Source of the DNA: an uncultured Candidatus Rokubacteria bacterium
GTDB lineage: Bacteria; Methylomirabilota; Methylomirabilia; Rokubacteriales; DASRDR01
NCBI GenBank assembly: GCA_963708025.1
Contig: CAVPSB010000030.1
Span: 1-64,000, forward strand
Direction of reading: 5' to 3'
Length of the DNA: 64,000 nucleotides
Below, one piece after another: positions 30,569-40,190 of the stretch (positions within the stretch are counted from its first letter, which is position 1; each line of letters opens with the position of its first letter). The notes beneath the pieces are model-generated. The model saw only the letters and a list, made by a program, of their open reading frames with translations, was not told the origin of the DNA and did not search any database. The position numbers and the translations under genes are program-made.

Positions 30569-33536
30569 CGGCCACTCCTGGGGGCAGCGTGATCCGAACC
30601 CGCGTCCCCCGGCCTGGTGTGGAATCGAACTGGATCTCCCCGCCGTGGAGATCGACGATCTTCTTCACGATGGCGAGCCCGAGACCGGTCCCGGTCGGCT
30701 TCGTGGTGAAGAAGGGCAGGAATACCTTCTCCCGGGCCTCCGCTGTCATGCCGACTCCGTTGTCGACCACCTCGACGACCACCTTCTCGTCCCGCGCCTC
30801 GCAGCGGACGGTCACGCGGGCGCCGGGACGGCGGTCGGCCGCCTCGATCGCGTTGCGGACCACGTTGGTGAAGACCTGGCCGATGCGCTGGCCGTCCACC
30901 AGCGCCATGACCACGTTCGGGAAGACGTGGAGCGACAGCTCGACACCCCGCAACCGGGCCTCCTCCGCGAGCCCGCCGACGACCTGCCGCAGGATGCGCT
31001 CCAGGTCGTAGGGCTGGCGATCCAGCCGCGCCTCCCGCGCGTAGTCCAGGAGGTCGCTGATGATGGACTCGATCTCCGCGATCCCCTTGCGCACGGTGCC
31101 GATCATCTCCTGCGTCACCGCGTCCCGGCCATCGTATTGCTGGACGACGCCCATCGCCATCTTGATGCCGCCCAGCGGATTGCGGATCTCGTGGGCGACG
31201 CCGGCCGCCATCTGCCCCAGCGACGCCAGCTTCTCCTGCTGGATCAGGCGGCGCTGCAGCTCCTGCTGCTCGGTCAGGTCCCGCAGGACGCCCACCGCGC
31301 CCAGCACCTGACCGCGGCGGTCGAAGATCGGCGCCAGCGCGAGGTGGGCGGGGAACTCGCGGCCCCCGCTCGCCCGGGCCCGGACGTCGCCCTTCCAGCC
31401 CCGTCCCGCCCCGGGGGCGCGCGCCGCCGTCTCCCACGGGCTCCGCTCTCCGCCGGCCAGCAGCTCCCACCACGGCGCGCCCAGGAGCTCGCCCTCCCGC
31501 GCGCCGAACAGCCGCTGCCCGGCCGGGTTGACGGTCAGGAGCCGGCCCTGGGTGTCCGTCGTGAAGATGCAGTCGTCCACGCTCCGCACGACGCTGGCCA
31601 GCAGCCGCTCCGTGCGCCGCGCCTCCTCCTCGGTGGTGCGCAGCGAGTGCTGGAGCTCCTGGAACGACTCCACGAGCTGCTCGGCCTCGCCCTTCGAGAG
31701 GGTGAACCGGTCCTCCACGATGAAGCGGGCGGCGGCGGCGCCGAGGGAGGCGGCCAGGCGCTTCTCGAGGCGGATCCGCAGCTCGAGCAGCTCGGGGGCG
31801 GTCCGCTCCTCGGCCGGCTTGCCGCCCAGGAGCTCCCGGGCGATGGTGGCGGCCTCCGTCCCGCCCACGTAGTGGTGGACCAGCCGCTCGATCTCGCGGG
31901 GGGAGAGGATGGTGCGGCCGATCGTCGCCGGGCTCTCGCCGGGGAAGCGGCCGGTGAAGGCCGCGGCCTGCAGCCGCTCCTCGGCGTCCTGCCGGGTGGC
32001 GAGGGAGACGAGCCCGAAGGCGCCCAGGTTGGCCAGGAGCGACCAGAAGAGGCCGTGGCTCACCGAGTCGAGCCCGGCCAGGCCGAACAGGGCGGTCGGC
32101 CGCAACAGCGCCAGGCCGAAGGGGCCGTCGGTGAGGAGCGCCGCCGGGACGAAGCCCTCCTTGACCAGCGCCGGGACGATGAGCGTGTAGAACCAGAGCG
32201 CGAAGCCGGCCGAGATCCCGACGAACGCGCCACGCCGGTTGCCCCGCGGCCAGGCCAGCCCCAGCAGGATGGCCGGCGCGCACTGGGTGACCGCCACGAA
32301 CGAGAGGAGGCCCATCTCGACCAGCAGGAACTGCCCGCGGGCCATCATCGCCCACACGTAGCCGAGGAAGACCACCAGGAGGATGCAGCAGCGCATCGCG
32401 TGGAGGCTCGCCCGGTAGATGTCCCCGCTCCGGTTGCGCAGGAGGATGGGCACCACGATGTCGTTCGTCAGCATCTTGGAGATCGCCAGGGAGTCGACGA
32501 CGATCATCGCGGTGGCCGCCGAGAAGCCGCCGAGGAAGACCAGGACCGACAGCGCCTGCGCCCCGGCCGACAGCGGCAGGAGGAGGATGAAGTGGTCGGC
32601 CTGGGCCCGGGGCAGCAGCAGGAGCCCCGCGAAGGCCACCGGGAGGACGAAGAGGTTGATGAGGAAGAGGTAGAGCGGGAACATCCAGGCGGCGGCGTTG
32701 ACGTGACCCTCGTCCTGATTCTGGACCACCAGGACGTGGAACTGCCGGGGCAGGAACATCACGGCCATCATCGAGATGAACAGGAGCGCCGCCCAGCGCG
32801 CGAACGACGCCGACGGAGGCGTGTCGAGCGTCACCAGGCGGGACAGCTCGGGGTCGGCCAGGACCCGGGCGAAGATGTCGCCGAACCCGCCGAACAGGCC
32901 CCAGGTCACGTAGGCGCCGGCGGTGAGGAAGGCCAGGAGCTTGACGACCGACTCCACCGCCACCGCGGAGAGCAGTCCCCGCTGGACCCGGGTGAAGTCG
33001 GGGTTGCGGGCCCCGAACAGGATCCCGAAGACGCCGAGCACCACGGCCACCAGGAGCGTCGGATCGAAGAAGTCGAGGATGGTCTCCCGCCCCAGGATCA
33101 ACTTGAAGGACTCGGACACCGCCTGGAGCTGGAGGGCGATGTACGGGATGAGGCCGAGCGCGACCAGCGCGGCCACCAGCGCGCCCAGCGGGGCCGACTT
33201 GCCGTAGCGGCTCGCGATGAAGTCGGAGATCGAGGTGATGCGCTGCTCCTTGACGACCCGCACCAGCCGCCGCAGCAGGAACGGCCAGAGCAGCGCCACC
33301 AGCGCCGGGCCCAGGTAGATGGTGAGGAACTCCACGCCCCGGTGGGCGGCCAGGCCGACGCTTCCGTAGAACGTCCAGGCTGTGCAGTACACCGAGGCGG
33401 TGAGCACGTAGGTGAGCATCGCCAGCCGCGGGGAGTGGAGGCGATCGCTCCGCTCGGCGGCCCAGGCGACCCCGAACAGGAAGAGGAGGTAGCCGACGAC
33501 GATGGAGAGGAGCGGACCGTAGCCGAGCCAGCTCAC
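30537..33536 (-). CDS. Sensor histidine kinase with N-terminal SLC5/Na:solute-symporter domain and PAS (CbrA/CrbS-like)
   Basis: YCTAWTFYGSVG, PYIALQL, LPRQFHV; PAS; AHEIRNPL, NAIEA, DNGVG, FFTTKPTGTGLGL. Confidence 0.92.
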   Translation of the reverse strand: MSWLGYGPLLSIVVGYLLFLFGVAWAAERSDRLHSPRLAMLTYVLTASVYCTAWTFYGSVGLAAHRGVEFLTIYLGPALVALLWPFLLRRLVRVVKEQRITSISDFIASRYGKSAPLGALVAALVALGLIPYIALQLQAVSESFKLILGRETILDFFDPTLLVAVVLGVFGILFGARNPDFTRVQRGLLSAVAVESVVKLLAFLTAGAYVTWGLFGGFGDIFARVLADPELSRLVTLDTPPSASFARWAALLFISMMAVMFLPRQFHVLVVQNQDEGHVNAAAWMFPLYLFLINLFVLPVAFAGLLLLPRAQADHFILLLPLSAGAQALSVLVFLGGFSAATAMIVVDSLAISKMLTNDIVVPILLRNRSGDIYRASLHAMRCCILLVVFLGYVWAMMARGQFLLVEMGLLSFVAVTQCAPAILLGLAWPRGNRRGAFVGISAGFALWFYTLIVPALVKEGFVPAALLTDGPFGLALLRPTALFGLAGLDSVSHGLFWSLLANLGAFGLVSLATRQDAEERLQAAAFTGRFPGESPATIGRTILSPREIERLVHHYVGGTEAATIARELLGGKPAEERTAPELLELRIRLEKRLAASLGAAAARFIVEDRFTLSKGEAEQLVESFQELQHSLRTTEEEARRTERLLASVVRSVDDCIFTTDTQGRLLTVNPAGQRLFGAREGELLGAPWWELLAGGERSPWETAARAPGAGRGWKGDVRARASGGREFPAHLALAPIFDRRGQVLGAVGVLRDLTEQQELQRRLIQQEKLASLGQMAAGVAHEIRNPLGGIKMAMGVVQQYDGRDAVTQEMIGTVRKGIAEIESIISDLLDYAREARLDRQPYDLERILRQVVGGLAEEARLRGVELSLHVFPNVVMALVDGQRIGQVFTNVVRNAIEAADRRPGARVTVRCEARDEKVVVEVVDNGVGMTAEAREKVFLPFFTTKPTGTGLGLAIVKKIVDLHGGEIQFDSTPGRGTRVRITLPPGVADEAASADRRG

Positions 33537-33633
33537 GGGGATTTTCGGGCCGGGGGGGAGCTGCGCTCCTCCCCCGGACCCCCCCCTCCGGGTCCCCCGT
33601 CGCTCGGGATCCTCGAACGTGCCGTCAAGGCGC

Positions 33634-33816
33634 TCAGCCCTCCAGCCGCCGGGTCACCCAGAAGAGGAGGACGATGATGCCCGCCCAGACGGCGAAGAGG
33701 TAGAGCACCAGGAGGGGGATCCCGAGCACCGCCCGGGGGGCGTTGAAGATCGTCAGGAACGGCCAGGACAAGAGGACCGCGCCCAGGACGAAGAGCGCGA
33801 CGACCAGCTCTCTCAT
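33634..33816 (-). CDS. Small two-TM protein preceding the symporter-kinase
   Basis: MRELVVALFVLGAVLLSWPFLTIFN...GIPLLVLYLFAVW. Confidence 0.75.
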   Translation of the reverse strand: MRELVVALFVLGAVLLSWPFLTIFNAPRAVLGIPLLVLYLFAVWAGIIVLLFWVTRRLEG

Positions 33817-33949
33817 GGTCCCTGGTCCTCGGGGGGCGGCTCGGCCGACGCCGTCGTCAGCCACGGGTGCCAGGGATTATAGGCCAGTCGGCCCGACCGG
33901 CGCCATCCCGCCCGGTCGGCGGTACACTGGGGATCAGGAGGGCAGAAAG

Positions 33950-34050
33950 GAGCGAGCGTGACGCCCGTAGTACTCGTAGAGCCGCAGCTCCTCGTCCCGC
34001 TCGATCGGCCGGGACGGATCGTGCTCCGGCGAGTTCCGGATCGATGCGCC
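33950..34050 (-). pseudogene. Remnant resembling the C-terminus of a PRC-barrel protein
   Basis: IRNSPEHDPSRPIERDEELRLYEYYGR with no plausible start. Confidence 0.4.
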
Positions 34051-34109
34051 AGCTGGTGTGACCGTGGGGCGGTGGCCCCCCGGGGCACCTTCACGGGATC
34101 TGGAGCGGG

Positions 34110-34679
34110 TCAGCCTCCCGGTTCGGCGAGGAGCGTGGCGAGGTCGATGCCGACGCGGCCGAGGTCCGACGGGCCGTAGCGGGCGCGGATCACGCCGGCG
34201 CCATCGATCAGGACGACGAGGCAGTCGTGGCTCGGGTGGCCGTCCGGCCGCCGCACTCCGACGCCGTACCAGCGGGTCACCAGATCGATCTCGGCCGGCT
34301 TGCCGGTGAGGAGCAGCCAGGCGGCGGGTTCCAGCCCCTGCTCGCGGGCGAAGCGACGCAGCTCCGCCGCGGTATCGTGGGCCGGGTCGACCGTCACCAC
34401 CACGAAGAAGACGCGCCGCCCGGCGGCCTCCCCCACCCCGCGCGCCGCCTGCCGCAGAGCCGGCAGCAGGCGGGGGCACGCCGTACAGGTGGCGCAGGTG
34501 AACGTCAGGACGACCGCGCGCTCCCGGAGATGGGCCAGCCAGATCCGGTCGTTCAGCTGCGTGGTGAGGGCGAAGTTCGGAGCGGGGCCGAGTCGGGGCA
34601 GCGGCGGCGCCGCGGCGGCCCACCCCGACAGCAAGGCCCCCAGCGCGAGGCCGGCCGCCGTCTGACGGAGTCCCCTCAT
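34110..34679 (-). CDS. SCO1/SenC family protein
   Basis: APNFALTTQ, FTCATCTACP, TVDPAHDT, conserved His in PSHDC, LIDGAG. Confidence 0.85.
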   Translation of the reverse strand: MRGLRQTAAGLALGALLSGWAAAAPPLPRLGPAPNFALTTQLNDRIWLAHLRERAVVLTFTCATCTACPRLLPALRQAARGVGEAAGRRVFFVVVTVDPAHDTAAELRRFAREQGLEPAAWLLLTGKPAEIDLVTRWYGVGVRRPDGHPSHDCLVVLIDGAGVIRARYGPSDLGRVGIDLATLLAEPGG

Positions 34680-34772
34680 GCCCTCAGAGCCCGTGAAGAA
34701 ATGCCGGCGGCTCCCATTCCCACCGCCCATCGGCTCCTCGCAACTCCCCGGCTCCCGCCGCGCGGCCCCGGC

Positions 34773-34846
34773 GTTCCACTTCGAGCCGCGGCTCCGCCGC
34801 GGCCTCCGAGGGGGGGGTCTCGGGGGGTCTTCCAAGACCCCCCCGA
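34773..34846. repeat. 74-bp REP-like double-hairpin repeat, copy 2
   Basis: Near-identical to 29086-29159; 5 nt beyond the malic enzyme stop. Confidence 0.8.
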
Positions 34847-34851
34847 AGATC

Positions 34852-36294
34852 CTACTGCGGCGCCGGGGCGCCGACCGGCGTCTTTCGCCGGCGCCGGGCC
34901 ACCCCGGTGTGGGCGGCCGCCCGGGCCACGCCCTCGGCCACCGCCTCGACCACGCGCTTGTCGAAGACCGAGGGGATGATGTACTCGTCGGAAAGCTCGC
35001 CGGCGCTGACGATCGACGCGATGCCCCGGGCCGCCTCGATCTTCATCGCCTCGTTGACCAGCCGGGCCCGCACGTCGAGCAGCCCCCGGAAGAAGCCGGG
35101 GAAGCACAGCACGTTGTTGATCTGGTTCGGGTAGTCCGAGCGGCCGGTGGCCATGACCCGCACGATGCCCTGGACTTCCTCCGGCATGATCTCGGGGGTC
35201 GGGTTCGCCATGGCGAAGACGATCGGGTTCTTGGCCATGCGCTTGATGTCCTTGGCGGTGGCGACGCCGGGCCCGGAGAGCCCGATGAAGACGTCGGCCC
35301 CGCTGAGCGCGTCGGCCAGCGATCCGCGCACAGGCTTCTCGTTGGTGTGCTGGGCGAACCACTCCTTCACCGGGTTCATGTTCTCCTTCCGGCCCCGGTA
35401 GAGTGCGCCGGACCGGTCGCACCCGATGATGTGCTTGCAGCCGACCGCCATCAGGAGCCGGGCAGTGGCGATGCCGGAGGCACCGGCGCCCGAGAACACC
35501 ACGCGGATGTCGCCCATCTTCTTCTTGACCACCCGGAGCGCGTTGATGAGCGCGGCCAGGACGACCACCGCGGTCCCGTGCTGGTCGTCGTGGAAGACGG
35601 GGATGTCCAGCTCCTTGCGGAGCCGCTCCTCGATCTCGAAGCAGCGGGGGGCGGAGATGTCCTCGAGGTTGATCCCGCCGAAGACGGGCGAGACGGCCCG
35701 CACGATCCCGACGATCTCGTCCACGTCCTTGGTGGCCAGGCAGAGGGGAAAGGCGTCCACGCCGGCGAACTCCTTGAACAGGAGGGCCTTCCCCTCCATG
35801 ACCGGCATCGCCGCCTTGGGCCCGATGTCGCCCAGGCCGAGGACGGCGGTGCCGTCGGTCACGACCGCGACGGCGTTCTGCTTGATCGTCAGCGTGTACG
35901 CCTTCTGGGGGTCGTCGTGGATGGCCATGCACACCCGGGCGACGCCGGGGGTGTAGGCCATGGAGAGATCGTCACGGGTCTTGACCGGAACCTTGCCCCG
36001 GACCTCGATCTTGCCGCCGAGGTGCATGAGGAAAGTCCGGTCCGAGACGTTCACCACCCGCACCCCGGCGACCTTCCGGACGGCGTCGATGATGGTCTGG
36101 CCGTGCTTGTCGTCGCGGGCGTTGAACGTGATGTCCCGGACGCGGATCTCGCCGCCCGGCTGGACCAGGTCGATGGCGCCGATGTCGGCGCCGGCGCGGC
36201 TCAGGGCGGAGGTGACCTTCCCGAGCATGCCGGGCCGATTCTTGATCTCGAGCCGGACCGTCATGCTGTAGCTGGCGCTGGGTGCGGTCATCAT
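34852..36294 (-). CDS. NAD(P)-dependent malic enzyme with N-terminal ACT domain
   Basis: NRPGML (ACT), AYTPGVA, TDGTAVLGLGDIG, NLEDI, FHDDQHGTA, GAGASG, NQINNVLCFPG. Confidence 0.93.
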   Translation of the reverse strand: MMTAPSASYSMTVRLEIKNRPGMLGKVTSALSRAGADIGAIDLVQPGGEIRVRDITFNARDDKHGQTIIDAVRKVAGVRVVNVSDRTFLMHLGGKIEVRGKVPVKTRDDLSMAYTPGVARVCMAIHDDPQKAYTLTIKQNAVAVVTDGTAVLGLGDIGPKAAMPVMEGKALLFKEFAGVDAFPLCLATKDVDEIVGIVRAVSPVFGGINLEDISAPRCFEIEERLRKELDIPVFHDDQHGTAVVVLAALINALRVVKKKMGDIRVVFSGAGASGIATARLLMAVGCKHIIGCDRSGALYRGRKENMNPVKEWFAQHTNEKPVRGSLADALSGADVFIGLSGPGVATAKDIKRMAKNPIVFAMANPTPEIMPEEVQGIVRVMATGRSDYPNQINNVLCFPGFFRGLLDVRARLVNEAMKIEAARGIASIVSAGELSDEYIIPSVFDKRVVEAVAEGVARAAAHTGVARRRRKTPVGAPAPQ

Positions 36295-36735
36295 GGGGCG
36301 TGTCCTCCGATGCCTCCCCCGGGGGGCGGCGGTTTTCGCGTCCGGAAAGGTGACCGCTATTCTACCGTATCGAAGTAGACGCATGAAGGGCACGCCAGAT
36401 CGCCGGTAGTGGGTGGCAGAACGCGGCAAAGCGCGGCACGATCCGCAACCCCGGCGCAACCGGCCGGGGCGCATGAGCCTCCAGGCCCGTCGGGCCTCGC
36501 CGGCGGGAGCTTGAGGCGCACCGGCCCGCAAAGCGCCAGCTCCGAGCCCCACCCCCGCGAAGCCCAGGACGCCGCCAGGACGCCATTCGACGCTTCTGCC
36601 GCCTTTGCTGACGCCGGAGGGCCGCCAGCGAGTCCTGCGGGCCCTCGTGGCGCACGTCGTGGTCAGGGACGGGACGCTGGAGATTCAGTGGCCTTCGCCA
36701 CCCAGGCCGACCCGCAGTATCCAGGCCAGAACCCC

Positions 36736-37365
36736 TCAGGGCAATAGCAACAGGCGGACCGTGTCGCGGCCGTAGGTCTGGACCAGGCGCTCGACCACCC
36801 GGGAGATCAGCGGCCCGAGGTCGGGAGCCTCCCGGTCGATCGCCTTGCGGAGCAGGTCGAGGTCGGAAGACTCCATGGGCAGGCCGTGATATCGCGCGGC
36901 GAGGACGATAGCGAGCCGCGCGGTGCGGTTCTCCGGGTGAACCAGCCGGTCGAGCACGCGAGCGCCGGCCGAGAGCATCGCCGAACGGTGGAGCGCGCGG
37001 ACCGTGTGGCGAAAAAGTCCGCTCTCGCCGTTCACCGCCCGGTTGAGCGCGAGCATATCGGTGATAAGCCCGTGGAGTATGGCCAGATGGCGCGACGGGG
37101 TCGTCAGGACGTCGTGGAACAAGGCGTCGGGCAGGCTTGGTAGCTCCCCGACCACCACACCGGCGCCGTCGGCCACGTTGAGCAGGACGACGTCGGGACT
37201 TCGCAGGAGACCGGCCAGCTCCCGGGCCTGGTCGGGGGTGAGCGGAAGGAGTGCCCAGAGGGTCCGCTCCACCACCGGCTGCCCGACCACGGGCGTCAAC
37301 GGCGCGCCGACGCCGAATGCCAGGATCCCTGCGCAGACGAGTCGTTTTAGGACAGCAGCGTTCAC
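36736..37365 (-). CDS. Secreted hypothetical protein
   Basis: Signal-peptide-like N-terminus; TATAGT just upstream of GTG. Confidence 0.6.
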   Translation of the reverse strand: MNAAVLKRLVCAGILAFGVGAPLTPVVGQPVVERTLWALLPLTPDQARELAGLLRSPDVVLLNVADGAGVVVGELPSLPDALFHDVLTTPSRHLAILHGLITDMLALNRAVNGESGLFRHTVRALHRSAMLSAGARVLDRLVHPENRTARLAIVLAARYHGLPMESSDLDLLRKAIDREAPDLGPLISRVVERLVQTYGRDTVRLLLLP

Positions 37366-37548
37366 GGCATGACTATATCGCGAATCACGTGAGTTGGTCA
37401 TCTATCGTCGCGGCGGCCCAGGTGGGCACACCACGTGATGTGCCCGGGCCGGGTACGGCTGAGGTCCAGCAAAGAGCATCGCCCCTGTTTTCCTTCGCTC
37501 TGGAGGGCCCGCCGCGGTAGCGTGGAGGCTGAGGGAGCAAACGAGGCG

Positions 37549-37752
37549 ATGAGCGGTCGGGATGTCATCGCGGTGTTGGTGGTCCTCATGATCGCCGGCG
37601 TGCTCGTCCGGACGGTGACCGCATGGGTGTACACGTCAGCGACAACGAGGGTCTCCGGCACCCTCGTCGGCCTCATGATGGGCGGGCTGTTGCTGTGGGG
37701 GCTCGCGTGGCGGATCGAGACCCGAGGACCGCAGGAGCGACGCCAGATCTGA
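37549..37752 (+). CDS. Small two-TM hypothetical protein
   Basis: Two hydrophobic helices; GAGG RBS. Confidence 0.5.
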   Translation: MSGRDVIAVLVVLMIAGVLVRTVTAWVYTSATTRVSGTLVGLMMGGLLLWGLAWRIETRGPQERRQI

Positions 37753-38141
37753 CACCCCGCCCCCGCGTCCTGCTGATCGACGACTCGCGCACCGTCCAGG
37801 CGACCCTCAGCCGGAGCCTTGGAGAGGCCGGCTTCGAGGTTCTGGTCGCGGGTGACACGATCGAGGCGCTGGATGTCCTGGCCCAACGCCGCTGCGCCGT
37901 GGTGCCTGCCGACTACCAGCTCCCGGGGACAAACGGGCTGGACTTCCTGGCCGCGCTGCGCGGAGCCTACCCCGAGGCGCCCCTGATCCTCTACTCGGCC
38001 TCGATGACCCTGGAGCTCGCGGCGCAGGCCCGGGACTTCGGCGTGGCTGCGCTGCTCGAGAAGCCGGTATCACCCGCACGGCTGGTCGAGGTCGTCCGCA
38101 CCGCTTCGTCCTGGAGACGAAGGCAAAAGGAAAGGAGGTGA
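37749..38141 (+). CDS. Single-domain response regulator (receiver)
   Basis: VLLIDDS, ADYQLPG, ILYSA, EKP. Confidence 0.8.
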   Translation: MTPRPRVLLIDDSRTVQATLSRSLGEAGFEVLVAGDTIEALDVLAQRRCAVVPADYQLPGTNGLDFLAALRGAYPEAPLILYSASMTLELAAQARDFGVAALLEKPVSPARLVEVVRTASSWRRRQKERR

Positions 38142-38214
38142 GGCGGAGATAACTCGATGTCATCGCTCGAGAGACACATCAGGAGCGCGCCTGGCGGCGC
38201 GTGGGAGGGTACTC

Positions 38215-38745
38215 ATGATCGTCGGAACAGTGCGGGATGCTCGGCTGCTGCTGTTTGCCAGCATCGTTGCCTTCGTCGTCATGGCGGGCTGTGGTGGTGG
38301 CGGCAGCGACAATAAGACGCCGACCACGATACGGAACGCCCCGGTGATCTCGAATCTGGCCGTGGCGTCGTCGTCTCAGGCCTGCACGGCCAGTGGGCTA
38401 TCGGGCAGGGTCCGAACGGTCAGCTTCGACTACTCCGATCCGGATGGCAATGTGTCCGGCGGCCAAGTCAACCTCAGTCTCACCTCCGGCAGTCAGACGC
38501 TGGCGACACTCTCGGTCGGTGTGCCGTCCAGCGGCGCGTCCGTCACCGGGACCACGTCGGGACGGGTCACGCTGTCCAATTTCTGCATCGCGATCCGCGG
38601 GGCGTCGAGCGCGACCCTCAATGTTACGCTGACCGATGCAGTGGGTGACGTGTCCAATCAGATCGCGACGACCGTCGCGGCTCAGCGTCCGGCTTCCGAT
38701 CCGAGCCGACCCGCCGAAGCACCGGCTGGTGCGATTGGTCACTGA
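38215..38745 (+). CDS. Putative lipoprotein, Ser/Thr-rich beta domain
   Basis: Lipobox MAGC followed by GGGGS; GGAGG RBS. Confidence 0.7.
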   Translation: MIVGTVRDARLLLFASIVAFVVMAGCGGGGSDNKTPTTIRNAPVISNLAVASSSQACTASGLSGRVRTVSFDYSDPDGNVSGGQVNLSLTSGSQTLATLSVGVPSSGASVTGTTSGRVTLSNFCIAIRGASSATLNVTLTDAVGDVSNQIATTVAAQRPASDPSRPAEAPAGAIGH

Positions 38746-38867
38746 CGACGACGCGACCATCCGCAACCCCCGCGCAACCGGCGACCCCGTGCCCACGGCA
38801 GATGACAAGTTCGGCGCGGTGTTGGACGCGAAGCCTGCTATTTTACCGTAACTCCCCGAGGGGTCGC

Positions 38868-38896
38868 TTGACGGCTCCCGAGCCGAGGCATAGAGT
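38868..38896 (+). promoter_or_regulatory. Sigma70-type promoter candidate
   Basis: TTGACG-17 nt-TAGAGT upstream of the PAS gene. Confidence 0.55.
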
Positions 38897-38934
38897 CGCT
38901 TCCACACGGAGGCCGGGGACCTCGAGGAGCGGTG

Positions 38935-39330
38935 ATGCCGCAGAAGCCGGTCGAGATCATCCTCATGCGCCAGCTCGCCAGCTATCTGGCCATGCCCATC
39001 TTCGTGGTCGATCCCGCCGGTCGCCTCCTCTACTACAACGAGTCGGCCGAGCTCCTGCTCGGGCGTCGCTACGAGGACACCGGCGAGATGCCGCTCGAGG
39101 AGTGGTCGGCGATCTTCACGCCGACCGCCGAGGACGGCTCGCGGCTCCCGCCCGAAGCCCTGCCCCTCGTCATCGCCCTCGAGAAGCACCAGGCGGCTCA
39201 CCGGGCATTCTGGATCCGCGGCCTCGACGGCGTGCGGCGACGGATCGAGGTCACCGCCTTCCCGCTGGAAGGACAGGGCCGCCGGCGCCTCGGGGCGGTG
39301 GCCATCTTCTGGGAGCGGCCGCCGTCGTGA
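38935..39330 (+). CDS. Stand-alone PAS-domain protein
   Basis: PIFVVDPAGRLLYYNESAELLLG; WIRGLDG...IEVTAFPL. Confidence 0.85.
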   Translation: MPQKPVEIILMRQLASYLAMPIFVVDPAGRLLYYNESAELLLGRRYEDTGEMPLEEWSAIFTPTAEDGSRLPPEALPLVIALEKHQAAHRAFWIRGLDGVRRRIEVTAFPLEGQGRRRLGAVAIFWERPPS

Positions 39331-40175
39331 AGGTCACGCTGTGGGGCACCCGGGGATCGGTGGCGTCGGCCGGACCCGACACCGTGCGGTACGGGGGGAA
39401 CACCTCGTGCGTCGAGGTCCGCGGTGCCGACGGGACCCGCCTCGTCCTGGACGCCGGCACCGGCATCCAGCGCCTCGGCGCGACCATCGACGGCGATGCG
39501 GCGCGGATCGACGTCCTGTTGACCCACCTCCACATGGACCACATCCAGGGACTGGGCTTCTTCGACCCGCTCTTCAGGCCGGACCTGGAGGTGCACCTCT
39601 GGGGTCCACCCTCGGCGACGCTCGACCTGCGGGCCCGCCTCACCCGATACTTCTCGCCGCCGCTCTTCCCGGTGCGCCTGCGCGAGCTGCCGTGCCGACT
39701 GCGGCTCCACGACGTGCCCATGGAGGAGAGCTTCGAGGTGGGTGGGCTCCGGATCCTGGCCGGGCTCGTCTGCCACCCGGGTCCCACCGTCGGCTACCGG
39801 ATCACGGAGCGGGCGGCCTCGCTGGCGTATCTGCCGGACCACGAGCCGGCGCTCGGAGCGCCCCACTTCCCGGAGGGGCCCGACTGGACCTCGGGGTTCG
39901 AGCTGGCCGCCGGGGTCGGTCTCCTCATCCACGACGCGCAGTACACGGAGGCGGAGTACGGCGAGCGGGTGGGATGGGGACACAGCGCCCTGTCGCACGT
40001 CCTCGCCTTCGCCGCCCTGGCCCGCACCCAGCGGCTGGTGACGTTTCACCACGACCCGACCCACGACGACCGGACGCTGGACGGCCTGCTCGACGAGGCC
40101 CGGCGCTCCCGTCCGCTCTCCTTCGAGGTCCTGCCCGGGATCGAGGGGCGGAGCTTCGACCTCGATGCCGGCTAG
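39327..40175 (+). CDS. MBL-fold metallohydrolase (phosphodiesterase-like)
   Basis: WGTRGS, GGNTSC, DAGTG, THLHMDHIQG, HDAQY, GWGHS, FHHDP. Confidence 0.9.
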   Translation: MKVTLWGTRGSVASAGPDTVRYGGNTSCVEVRGADGTRLVLDAGTGIQRLGATIDGDAARIDVLLTHLHMDHIQGLGFFDPLFRPDLEVHLWGPPSATLDLRARLTRYFSPPLFPVRLRELPCRLRLHDVPMEESFEVGGLRILAGLVCHPGPTVGYRITERAASLAYLPDHEPALGAPHFPEGPDWTSGFELAAGVGLLIHDAQYTEAEYGERVGWGHSALSHVLAFAALARTQRLVTFHHDPTHDDRTLDGLLDEARRSRPLSFEVLPGIEGRSFDLDAG

Positions 40176-40190
40176 ACCTCCCGGAGGACT

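Noticed and set aside
30363-33677. Very long antisense ORFs (e.g. 30363..33677 +, 56392..60156 -, 50479..53208 -, 18719..21328 +)
   Set aside because: Shadow frames of real genes, expected at this GC content; no motifs
36330-36730. tRNA, riboswitch or att site in the long intergenic stretch
   Set aside because: No cloverleaf, T-loop or recognisable aptamer consensus found by eye; needs an Infernal/tRNAscan run to exclude
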